From Candidatus Micrarchaeota archaeon (GTDB lineage: Archaea; Micrarchaeota; Micrarchaeia; Anstonellales; Bilamarchaeaceae), in the NCBI GenBank assembly GCA_018304385.1, contig JAGVWJ010000015.1, positions 1 through 57,724 of the forward strand: 57,724 nucleotides of DNA, written 5' to 3'. Numbering within the stretch: the stretch's first letter is position 1; the number at the start of each line of letters is the position of its first letter. Shown in pieces: positions 1-8,039 of the stretch. The notes below the pieces were generated by a model. It did not search any database. It was not told the origin of the DNA and saw only the letters and a list, made by a program, of their open reading frames with translations. A program made the translations under genes and the position numbers.

Positions 1-1
1 C

Positions 2-226
2 ACCATCCTCGCTTTTCTGTCCCAATCTACCTAAAGGACGATATAGCGCTATGCGAATATGCTTGTTATCTATATCCTGCACACGATCGGCTGATTTTAC
101 CATTGGCCCGGGAACATAACTCATGCGTTTTATTTCATCCACAATTTTCGATACAGGTCTGCCTAGCTGGCGGGTTAAGAATTTAGGAAGTTCTTTTTCG
201 ATTACTTTTAGTTTCATGTAAGTCAT
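2..226 (-). CDS. hypothetical protein, N-terminal fragment (gene continues past window start)
   Basis: Minus-strand frame is open from ATG 226 (alt ATG 217) to the window edge: MTYMKLKVIEKELPKFLTRQLGRPVSKIVDEIKRMSYVPGP... It is absent from the ORF track because no stop lies inside the window. No family recognised. Confidence 0.35.
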   Translation of the reverse strand, partial: MTYMKLKVIEKELPKFLTRQLGRPVSKIVDEIKRMSYVPGPMVKSADRVQDIDNKHIRIALYRPLGRLGQKSEDG

Positions 227-435
227 TCCATATTGATTATTTGATTATTTATTGTAATATGTGTTATATTAATTTAATTACTAAAAAACTTTACAAAAAT
301 AGAAATTATCTAATATTTACTTCGTTTTAGACTAACCATAACGTTTTTATATACATTAATTCTACCTCTATAAATTTAAAATAAAGAAAATTTAAGTAAT
401 TTTATCAGTATTTTTTTGTTTTAATAAGATTTAAA

Positions 436-479
436 TTGACAAAACAAAACTTTTTAAGCTTTTTATTTCTTAATACATT
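436..479 (+). promoter_or_regulatory. promoter block conserved between two tandem-wHTH regulator paralogs
   Basis: ttgacaaaacaaaac..ctttttatttcttaatacatt lies directly before ATG 480. It mirrors cttgacaaaataaaaa..gttttttatttaaagttagaat before ATG 44976. The T/A-rich TATA-like run about 20-28 nt before the ATG suggests a leaderless or very short leader. Confidence 0.4.
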
Positions 480-1364
480 ATGGAATTGGACGACACGAAT
501 AGACGGATACTTTTTCTTGAGATGCAACAAAAAGGCATTCTGAGAAGATGTTGTGTTATTGTAAACACTGCCAAGATAGGGTTGTCCTTTTTCAAGTTTT
601 ATCTAAAATACAAAAACGTAAACAAAGAACTGGAAAATGACATGGTAGAATTTTTTGATGCGAACAAAAATGTAGGGCTTGTGAACACCTGTGACGGAAG
701 ATATGATATGTATGTGGGAATATGGGCAAAGGATACTCATGAGCTTTACAATATCTATAAGTCTTTATTCAAAGAATATGGAAAATTCTTTGAAGACATT
801 ACTGTATCTATTGTCGAAACCGCGCTTAACTCGAAGCGAGGTTATCTTATAGGACAGCATACTTCTTCGGAAGTCCCTCTTTTTGGCGGAGAAATCTCTG
901 AAATCAAGATAGATGATATGGATAAAAAATTGCTAGGCCTCCTTTCAAATGACGCGAGAATGAAACTTGTTGATATTGCGAAAGTATTGAAAATAACTCC
1001 GAATGCGGTTAGCTATAGACTAAAACAATTAAAGGCTCAAGGCGTAATCCAGGGTGCAAGAATTGTCCTAGACCGCAACAAGTTTGGGTACCTCACATAC
1101 AAGGTTCTTGTAAAAATAGATTCTTTTGATGAGACTGAGGTTAGAAGATTTATAAGGTACCTAACCCAGCATCCGAATATAATTGACATTGATCTATGCA
1201 TGGGCGAATGGAATATTGAACTTGATGTTGAGATTGAAAATTATCAGGCATTTCACGAGCTTATGATAAAATTGCGTACTGAATTCAGCAAACTGATAAA
1301 GAATTATGATAGCCTGCTCGTTTTCGCAGAGCATACATATACATATTATCCGATTGGGAAATAA
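480..1364 (+). CDS. Lrp/AsnC-like tandem winged-helix regulator, first HTH deleted
   Basis: Full-length paralog of 44976..45959 and 7041..8039. Second HTH is intact (LLGLLSNDARMKLVDIAKVLKITPNAVSYRLKQLKAQGVIQG). About 29 residues covering the first HTH are missing relative to the 44976 copy. Confidence 0.7.
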   Translation: MELDDTNRRILFLEMQQKGILRRCCVIVNTAKIGLSFFKFYLKYKNVNKELENDMVEFFDANKNVGLVNTCDGRYDMYVGIWAKDTHELYNIYKSLFKEYGKFFEDITVSIVETALNSKRGYLIGQHTSSEVPLFGGEISEIKIDDMDKKLLGLLSNDARMKLVDIAKVLKITPNAVSYRLKQLKAQGVIQGARIVLDRNKFGYLTYKVLVKIDSFDETEVRRFIRYLTQHPNIIDIDLCMGEWNIELDVEIENYQAFHELMIKLRTEFSKLIKNYDSLLVFAEHTYTYYPIGK

Positions 1365-1440
1365 TATAAGTGATAAATAGCAAGTAATTAAAAATCTTAT
1401 TATTCATAATTTTATTAAAATTCATAAGAAAGGTGATAAC

Positions 1441-1677
1441 ATGACAAATATATTATCTGTTCCCCTGCCAGAAGAACTAAAGGATGAGATGGGAAGGCAC
1501 AAGGATGTTAAGTGGGTTGAAGTTGCCAGACAAGCCCTATGGGAAAAAGTCAAAGCACTTGAAAAACTAGACGAGATTATGGCTAAAAGCAAGCTTACAG
1601 AAGAAGATGTGGAAAAACATTCCAAAATAGTAAAGGAAAAAGTATGGAATAGGCATAAGAAAGAACTGGGGTTGTAG
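1441..1677 (+). CDS. putative antitoxin of a PIN-type toxin-antitoxin pair
   Basis: 78 aa. SD-like aaaggtga lies upstream. Stop TAG abuts the ATG of the PIN gene (TAGATG). Paralog of 56886..57122 (..VP.ELK......W.EVARQA.W.K...L..L). Confidence 0.5.
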   Translation: MTNILSVPLPEELKDEMGRHKDVKWVEVARQALWEKVKALEKLDEIMAKSKLTEEDVEKHSKIVKEKVWNRHKKELGL

Positions 1678-2097
1678 ATGCCTCTTGAATTAGTTGTAGA
1701 TGCAAACGTGTTGTTTTCTGCTTTGTTAGCGAAGAGCTTTACACGGGATCTTATTTTCAATCCCCAGTTAAAGTTGTACTCACCAGAATATTTGATTAGC
1801 GAACTAAACGAGCACTTGCAATCTGATGAAGAAATTAAAGAAAAATTAAAACAAACTGGCGAGGAAACAGAAAAAGTTATTCATGAATTACTGCACAATA
1901 TAGACATAATACCTATTAGTGAATATAAAACATTTGCCCAGGAGGCAATAGAAATAACTCCAGATGAATTCGATGCTCCATATTTCGCAGTAGCACTTTA
2001 TCTTAAAGTACCAATATGGACAAATGAAAAAAGATTGAAGCGCCAGAATGATGTTAAGGTCCTCAATACACAAGAAATTTTGAGGTTGCTGATTTAG
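1678..2097 (+). CDS. PIN-domain protein (VapC-like toxin)
   Basis: N-terminal LVVDANVLFSAL acidic motif, later DAPYFAVAL and WTNEK. Paralog of 56471..56884 (NP.LKLYSPE conserved). Coupled to the upstream small gene. Confidence 0.65.
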   Translation: MPLELVVDANVLFSALLAKSFTRDLIFNPQLKLYSPEYLISELNEHLQSDEEIKEKLKQTGEETEKVIHELLHNIDIIPISEYKTFAQEAIEITPDEFDAPYFAVALYLKVPIWTNEKRLKRQNDVKVLNTQEILRLLI

Positions 2098-2108
2098 TAG
2101 GTAAGATT

Positions 2109-2765
2109 ATGAAACTCGATTTCCATTGCCATACGCATCATTCAATTGATTCGATAATTAAGCCACGCGAGCTAGCAGCAAAGGCAAAACGGTTAGGTGT
2201 AGTACCAGCTATAACTGACCATAATACACTTTCATCTCATAAGGAATTGAAAACATTAAAAATGCGATTTATTCCAAGCGAAGAGATTAGAACAGTTGAA
2301 GGGGATTTAATTGGATTATACTTACAAGAAGTAATCCCTAAAAAAACTCCATTCTTGGAAGCACTTGACCAAATAAAAGAACAAGGTGGACTCAGCTATT
2401 TACCGCATATGTTTGATAAAACAAGGCATGGGGTAGCTTATCATCAGCTTGCAAGCAAAGTCGATATTATAGAGGTTTTTAACGCACGTTGTCCGTTTCA
2501 AAAATATAATGATGATGCAATGCATTTTGCAAAAAAACATAAGAAACTGATTGCTGCGGGTGGAGATTCGCATTTCTTATTTGAGTTTGGAAGAACTTAT
2601 TTTGAGGTTAGTGCTGAATTTGAAGATATAAGAGATAATCCTAAAGCAATGCTAAAGGCATTAAAAAATGTAAAGATTCATGGAAAAAAAGCACCACTTT
2701 TCGTAAGAGGAAGTACATTAGTTGTGAAATTTGCGAAGCGATTTTTTGCTGGGTTAAAACGTTGA
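2109..2765 (+). CDS. PHP-domain metal-dependent phosphoesterase
   Basis: MKLDFHCHTHHSIDS and ITDHNT histidine motifs typical of the PHP family, plus late GGDSH. Confidence 0.75.
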   Translation: MKLDFHCHTHHSIDSIIKPRELAAKAKRLGVVPAITDHNTLSSHKELKTLKMRFIPSEEIRTVEGDLIGLYLQEVIPKKTPFLEALDQIKEQGGLSYLPHMFDKTRHGVAYHQLASKVDIIEVFNARCPFQKYNDDAMHFAKKHKKLIAAGGDSHFLFEFGRTYFEVSAEFEDIRDNPKAMLKALKNVKIHGKKAPLFVRGSTLVVKFAKRFFAGLKR

Positions 2766-2796
2766 CGTTTATAAATATAGATTAACTAATCAAATA

Positions 2797-3369
2797 ATGA
2801 AATTTATTCTATTAATTTTAATTGGGCTAATTATATTTGGTTGTAGCAACCAGACTAAAGAAACAAAGATAGATGATATGGAACCGAATTTAACCATGAA
2901 AACAGAGGTCAAAACTATGAACGAAACTACTGAAAAAGTAGCAACAGAACCAAAAATAGAAGACACAAGAATAGCAAAAACTGGTGATACTGTATCAGTT
3001 GATTATATTGGAACGCTTGATAATGGAACTATTTTCGATCAAAGCAAAACACCATTTAAATTCAAGGTTGGCTCAGGACAAGTAATAAAAGGATTTGATG
3101 ATGCAGCAACTGGAATGAAAATTAATGAGGAAAAAAATGTGCATATTCCTGTGGAAGATGCTTATGGTTATCCAAGTGAAGAACAAATAATTACTGTTGC
3201 TTTAGAAAAAATAGATGGTGGAAACGTAACTATTGGGCAAACTATATATGCAAATGATGCGCAAGGAGTTGTTACAAAAATAGAAAATGGCCAGGCAACT
3301 ATTGATTTCAATCATCCGCTAGCTGGACAGGCATTGAATTTTAAGATAATTTTGAGAGGGATTGAATAG
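2797..3369 (+). CDS. FKBP-type peptidyl-prolyl cis-trans isomerase, predicted lipoprotein
   Basis: GDTVSVDYIGTLDNGTIFDQS..FKFKVGSGQVIKGFDDA..IDFNHPLAGQALNFKIIL is an FKBP/SlyD-like core with a flap insert. N-terminal signal carries a lipobox-like LIIFGCS. Confidence 0.85.
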   Translation: MKFILLILIGLIIFGCSNQTKETKIDDMEPNLTMKTEVKTMNETTEKVATEPKIEDTRIAKTGDTVSVDYIGTLDNGTIFDQSKTPFKFKVGSGQVIKGFDDAATGMKINEEKNVHIPVEDAYGYPSEEQIITVALEKIDGGNVTIGQTIYANDAQGVVTKIENGQATIDFNHPLAGQALNFKIILRGIE

Positions 3370-3379
3370 CAAAAAAAAG

Positions 3380-3402
3380 AAGATTAAAATATTTTTAATC
3401 TT
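3380..3402. terminator. AT-rich hairpin between convergent genes (candidate bidirectional terminator)
   Basis: aagattaaaa-ta-tttttaatctt is flanked by A/T runs. It lies between the FKBP stop (3369) and the stop of 3419..3775. Confidence 0.35.
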
Positions 3403-3418
3403 ATCGGTTTGTACAATT

Positions 3419-3775
3419 TCATTTTTCAGTTTCTAGCTGTCCGAAAACCGCTTGGCGAAATTGAATCATACCACTAATTTCTCCTTCGCATCTATATCCT
3501 TTCAAAATGCACTCACCTATCATCCGTTTCGCATCATTAAACTGACCCAATTCCACGTAGATTTTAGCTGCATCTGCATATTTTCTCTGTTTTTCTAGTT
3601 GCGTTGCTTCCTGCTCTTTTTTAGCTATTTGATCTGGAGATAAACAACTTGTACGATAGCGATCTGGACACGCCTTAAGCTTTGTAACTTCCTTATTAAT
3701 TTTCTCTTGATTGCATCCAGCTCCTCCACCTATTGCAAGCGCAGTTGCAAGCATCAATCCTCTGGTTCGTTTCAT
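3419..3775 (-). CDS. small predicted lipoprotein with one TPR-like repeat (third gene of orphan operon)
   Basis: MKRTRGLMLATALAIGGGAGC signal/lipobox. YADAAKIYVELGQFNDAKRMIGECI is TPR-like. Start moved to ATG 3775, 5 nt after GAGGTGA; the upstream gene's stop TGA lies inside the SD. Confidence 0.5.
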   Translation of the reverse strand: MKRTRGLMLATALAIGGGAGCNQEKINKEVTKLKACPDRYRTSCLSPDQIAKKEQEATQLEKQRKYADAAKIYVELGQFNDAKRMIGECILKGYRCEGEISGMIQFRQAVFGQLETEK

Positions 3776-3785
3776 AGTCATCACC

Positions 3786-4550
3786 TCATTTTGTTAATTT
3801 CCTCATCTCTGATTTTCTTTCAACAGGTCCTTTTGGTTTTATTGTTGCGCCACCTTCTCTTCTTAGTGAGTTTGTATCTGCTTCGCGTGCTGCTGCTACT
3901 GGATTTTGTGGAGCTTGCGCTAGGGAGTTGCGTTTTTCGATCTCTTCTTCCAAACTAGCTCTAGCTGTTTTAAGTCTCTCCAATTGTCTCTTAGTCTCAG
4001 GAATTTTGTATCTTGTCTCTACTAGCCTACTTACTGTTCCATAATGATAACCAAATCTTCGATCTCGATATTCTAAACTTTCTTTTTCTTGTTCCAGTGC
4101 TCTCACTTCCACTTCGAGATGTCTTATTAGCTCTTCTAAGCGGTATAGTCCATAATGAACTCCCATTTCGCTTGCAAGTGAATCAAGAAAGAATTGTGGA
4201 ATTTCGCATGCTTCTAGAACTCTTAACCAACTTTTTGGCTCAGTTATTTTATCGACAACAAACTTGGTAAAATCTAAAATATCAGGAACCAACATCCCGT
4301 GCTGATGTAAATCGTTTAATAGGATAACCATTTGATTTTCTGTTAGCTCACCTTTGCCAAACATTCTGTATAATTCTAAAAGCACTTCTTTGACTAACTT
4401 GTCCCTTAAATCTTTATTCTTTGTATCTCCTGGATTCCGATCATATGCTGCTTTATAAAATAAGCCACCATCAATCAGGTTACAACTAGTTTTCCCTTCT
4501 TTTATTCCTCTAACCAATTCAATAACCATCTCATAATGTTGGTCTGTCAT
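3786..4550 (-). CDS. hypothetical protein (second gene of orphan operon), coiled-coil C-terminal half
   Basis: Start placed at ATG 4550, preceded by GAGGTGAgaaat. C-terminal motif PQNPVAAAREADTNSLRREG is shared with the upstream protein. No family recognised. Confidence 0.55.
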   Translation of the reverse strand: MTDQHYEMVIELVRGIKEGKTSCNLIDGGLFYKAAYDRNPGDTKNKDLRDKLVKEVLLELYRMFGKGELTENQMVILLNDLHQHGMLVPDILDFTKFVVDKITEPKSWLRVLEACEIPQFFLDSLASEMGVHYGLYRLEELIRHLEVEVRALEQEKESLEYRDRRFGYHYGTVSRLVETRYKIPETKRQLERLKTARASLEEEIEKRNSLAQAPQNPVAAAREADTNSLRREGGATIKPKGPVERKSEMRKLTK

Positions 4551-4560
4551 ATTTCTCACC

Positions 4561-5457
4561 TCATGACTTTAGTTTCAATTTAGCATGTGTAATTTGGCGC
4601 GGCTGAGAAGCGCTAAATTTATGGCCCTCCTTACTAAGTGAAGTTAAATCACGCTCGCGATCTGCAGCAATTGGATTAGCTGGTTTTTGCACAATTGGTT
4701 TAGAATAACGGGTAATCTTCACTGCAGTGGTAATTCGAAAATCGCTGGTTTGGAAGCTAACATCATGGAAATACGCGTTGATAACATCCATTCGTCCCCT
4801 AAGCAGTGTTTGATATACTAATGCATAGCGTCCCTGACACTTGTATGCTACTGAATCACAAAAATTTATAGCACGGGTAAACCCAGCAAGTTCTTTATCA
4901 GCAAGCTCTTGTGCAATCAGCATCCGACAGTTCGCAACTGGATTTCTACCTTCTGACTGAATACTCGATATTGGTCCTGCTGCTGTTACATACGCTTTAC
5001 CTTCAGATGTAATAATTTCAGTGATAAGGCCATCCTTCAATCCTTTCTTCATGCTTGCATTGGAGCGGTTTCTAAGGTTGCTTTCACGGAACAGAATTAT
5101 CTCGCTTTCAGCTACGCAGTATTTCTGCAAGATTTCAAGATATTCTGGAGGCAGGCGGAATGTGCGATTAAATTCTTCGCGCTGACTAGACTGGATAGAA
5201 AAATCAGCCACTAAAAAAGCCAGCGCTACTTTTTTACCTTGCATCTTTGCCTTGGCATAAAGCTGTACTGCTGCCTCAAAAGTAAGTTTGCCTTCAAGTG
5301 TGACATTCGGTTTGGTATGCTGACCAAAACACTCTAGTAAGAAATGACCTCCTTCTATAACTGTTCCATCTATAACATGCGGTAAAAGCATATCTACGAG
5401 CTGATGAATAGTAATTCCTTGTCCTTCTAGCTGGATTAAGGGTGTATTCTCAATCAT
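4561..5457 (-). CDS. hypothetical protein (first gene of orphan operon)
   Basis: Start placed at ATG 5457, preceded by the same 17-mer ATGAGGTGAGAAATATG as the next gene. C-terminal motif PANPIAADRERDLTSLSKEG. No family recognised. Confidence 0.55.
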   Translation of the reverse strand: MIENTPLIQLEGQGITIHQLVDMLLPHVIDGTVIEGGHFLLECFGQHTKPNVTLEGKLTFEAAVQLYAKAKMQGKKVALAFLVADFSIQSSQREEFNRTFRLPPEYLEILQKYCVAESEIILFRESNLRNRSNASMKKGLKDGLITEIITSEGKAYVTAAGPISSIQSEGRNPVANCRMLIAQELADKELAGFTRAINFCDSVAYKCQGRYALVYQTLLRGRMDVINAYFHDVSFQTSDFRITTAVKITRYSKPIVQKPANPIAADRERDLTSLSKEGHKFSASQPRQITHAKLKLKS

Positions 5458-5599
5458 ATTTCTCACCTCATCCACATTTTTTCTGAATTACTAACACATT
5501 CCAACTATTTAAAACTATTTAATAAAATTTTAGCATTTTCGGAATATTTATAAATTTTAGGTAGGATAAGTAAGAATATACTAAAATAATCAAAAAGAA

Positions 5600-5621
5600 G
5601 GAAAGGATTTTAAATCCTTCC
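5600..5621. promoter_or_regulatory. near-perfect palindrome in divergent intergenic region
   Basis: ggaaaggatttt/aaatccttcc has 10-bp arms with one bulged A. It lies between the divergent operon (5457<-) and the ATPase gene (->5654). Confidence 0.3.
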
Positions 5622-5624
5622 AAA

Positions 5625-5647
5625 GATTATCCTATTGTAGGATAATC
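5625..5647. promoter_or_regulatory. perfect 10-bp inverted repeat just upstream of the ATPase start
   Basis: gattatccta-ttg-taggataatc ends 6 nt before GTG 5654. Confidence 0.35.
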
Positions 5648-5653
5648 CTAACG

Positions 5654-7021
5654 GTGGATAACTTGAAGTTTTATAACAGAAAAAATGAACTTATGGTATT
5701 ACAGAGGGCGGTAGACCAAAAAGACTCAGCGATGATTGTCATAAGCGGCAGGCGAAGAGTTGGAAAAAGCAGATTAGTTGACGAATTCTTAAGCAAAAAT
5801 AAAGGTCTAAAGGTTATTATTGTACCTAAAGAAGAGAAACAGGCAGCAGCAGATTTAGCAGAAACTCTTTCTGATGAATTCAAACCTACCTTCAATACTG
5901 TAAAAGAAGCACTCGAATATTTTTTTGCTAAATCAGATCAAAGAGTATTATATATAGACGAATTTCCAAATTTCCTTGAGATCAATAAGTCAATTCCATA
6001 TGAACTACAACGCCTCTGGGAAATTTACAACAATAAAACAAACAAGGTACTCATACTTTCTGGCTCTTATGTCAGCATGATGGATAAAATATTTACAAGG
6101 CAAAAGGCGCCCCTATTCAATAGAGCTACTTTTAAAATTTTATTAGACCCGCTATCATTAGAGGTTGTTTGGGAGATACAGGATTACCTCGGGGTAGAAG
6201 AACCCGTACAAAAAATAACTAACTACTGTGTTTTTGGCGGAATTCCTTATTACTATGTAGTACTAGGAAAATACCAAGATTCTCCTGTATTACCAATCAA
6301 AACACTGTTTTTTGAAGTTGGCCAACTACGAGAAGAAGGACAGGATGTTTTACGACAGGAATTTGGTGCTGCTTATAGAAAATACTTTTCAATACTAGAG
6401 GCTATTGGTTATGGCCTAGTAGCTGCTGGAGAGATAGCAAACAAAATGGGAATCCACCAGACTACTCTGTCAAAGTATATGATATATCTACAGAATGATT
6501 TCAAACTCATAGAACGAGTGGTGCCATTTGATCAAAACAAATATCGTAGTAAAAAAGGAATTTACAGGATAAAGGATAACTTACTTGCATTCTGGTTTAG
6601 CAATGTCTACGGAAAGACAAGACCGCCTTCCAAGGTAGAGTTTGATTTATTTATTAGCAAACGATTTGAATTGTTGAGTATGGATTTCTTTACTAATTGG
6701 CTTGATAAAAAAGGTGAGCAGATTGTGAAAACAGGCAGATGGTGGGGCTCTGTTGAAATTGAAAAAAGAAAGTTCGAACAGCGTGAAATAGACCTGATTG
6801 TAGAAACTGATAAAGCAATTTATATAGGAGAATGCAAATGGACTAACGAGAAATGTGGGGAGAGTGAACTAAATGTTTTAAAACAATCAGCAAAAGCGCT
6901 GACTACTAAAATAAAAAAACCTGTAAAATGGGTTTTATTTTCAAAAAATGGTTTTACAATTAAGGAAAACGAAGATCTGCTGCTTTTTGATGCAAAAAAA
7001 ATAGTTGAATCAACCAGATAA
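5654..7021 (+). CDS. archaeal-type AAA ATPase with C-terminal DUF234-like wHTH/nuclease-like module
   Basis: Walker A ISGRRRVGKSRL and Walker B LYIDEFPN. C-terminal EIDLIVETDKAIYIGECKW is typical of the archaeal ATPase/DUF234 family. GTG start. Confidence 0.75.
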   Translation: MDNLKFYNRKNELMVLQRAVDQKDSAMIVISGRRRVGKSRLVDEFLSKNKGLKVIIVPKEEKQAAADLAETLSDEFKPTFNTVKEALEYFFAKSDQRVLYIDEFPNFLEINKSIPYELQRLWEIYNNKTNKVLILSGSYVSMMDKIFTRQKAPLFNRATFKILLDPLSLEVVWEIQDYLGVEEPVQKITNYCVFGGIPYYYVVLGKYQDSPVLPIKTLFFEVGQLREEGQDVLRQEFGAAYRKYFSILEAIGYGLVAAGEIANKMGIHQTTLSKYMIYLQNDFKLIERVVPFDQNKYRSKKGIYRIKDNLLAFWFSNVYGKTRPPSKVEFDLFISKRFELLSMDFFTNWLDKKGEQIVKTGRWWGSVEIEKRKFEQREIDLIVETDKAIYIGECKWTNEKCGESELNVLKQSAKALTTKIKKPVKWVLFSKNGFTIKENEDLLLFDAKKIVESTR

Positions 7022-7040
7022 AACACTCCGGGCTAAAACC

Positions 7041-8039
7041 ATGGACAAATTGCCAAAACTAGATCTCAAAGACCGCCGCATACTTGCTGCGCTTGATATG
7101 CACGCAAGAATGCCATTGGGAGAGCTTGCTAAACGTGTAGGTGTAAGCAGACAGGTAGCAGCATATAGAACGGATAGAATGAAAAAAGATGGAATTATTC
7201 TAGGAGCGCTCGCAATATTTGATAGTGTTGTCGTAGGTTATAACTGGTTTCGGGTTGTGCTACGCCTAGGCGGTGCTGGTACAAAACAAAAAAATGAAGT
7301 GTTGGATTTCTTATCTAATCACCAGCATGCGCTTTGGGTAGGAGAAGTGGGTGGCAACTGGGATGTTGTAGTTAATTTTGTCACTAAAGATATTTATGAA
7401 TTTAATAATGTATTCGAGGACTTTCTATCTAAATATGGAATATTTGTAAAAGCATATGAAACGCTTGTTTATGTGCATGTGCGTGATTTACCAAGAAATT
7501 ATATCCTAGATAATAAAAAAGAAAAAATAGAATATACAGAATTCGATCATCAAATGAAGTTTAATCCGGCGCTCGAGCTGGACGAAATTGATAAAAAAAT
7601 AATTGCGGTTATATCACGTGATGCCTCGCTTTCGAGTTGGCAAATTGCTGCAAAGGCAGGTGTTTCTGATAAAACAGTTTCAGCGCGTATTAAAAAAATG
7701 GAGGAAAGCAAACTTATACTGGGTTATCGCTTGCTCATCCATCCATCAGCTATAGGTTATGAATCATATATGATATTTTTAGGAGTAAATAACCTGCAGG
7801 CTGAGAGAGAAAACGAACTAATAAACTTCGTGCGATCCGGCCCGAATATAACTTTCCTAGTTAAACATATCGGCAGATGGCGCATAGGAATGGAAATAGA
7901 GGTTAAAAACCGTGTTGAATTCCAGGATTATCTAGTACAACTAAGAGATAAATTTGGTGATATAATCTCTGATTTCGAAACATTCCCAATATTCAAAGAC
8001 CGTGTATTTAATTATTTTCCAGCTGGGAATTTGGATTAA
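7041..8039 (+). CDS. Lrp/AsnC-like tandem winged-helix regulator
   Basis: Two HTH modules (RRILAALDMHARMPLGELAKRVGVSRQVAAYRTDRMKKDGII and KKIIAVISRDASLSSWQIAAKAGVSDKTVSARIKKMEESKLI). Start moved from 7005 to ATG 7041 to avoid overlap with the ATPase gene. Confidence 0.75.
   Translation: MDKLPKLDLKDRRILAALDMHARMPLGELAKRVGVSRQVAAYRTDRMKKDGIILGALAIFDSVVVGYNWFRVVLRLGGAGTKQKNEVLDFLSNHQHALWVGEVGGNWDVVVNFVTKDIYEFNNVFEDFLSKYGIFVKAYETLVYVHVRDLPRNYILDNKKEKIEYTEFDHQMKFNPALELDEIDKKIIAVISRDASLSSWQIAAKAGVSDKTVSARIKKMEESKLILGYRLLIHPSAIGYESYMIFLGVNNLQAERENELINFVRSGPNITFLVKHIGRWRIGMEIEVKNRVEFQDYLVQLRDKFGDIISDFETFPIFKDRVFNYFPAGNLD

Noticed and set aside
7005-7040. Upstream start (7005) for the tandem-wHTH gene
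   Set aside because: It would overlap the ATPase gene by 17 nt and add a non-homologous N-terminus. ATG 7041 aligns with the paralogs.
8036-8039. Convergent stop-codon overlap (TTAA) of the wHTH gene and fen
   Set aside because: This is simply a consequence of tight packing, and similar 0-2 nt gaps occur at 29873/29875 and 32970/32971. It is not evidence of a special element.
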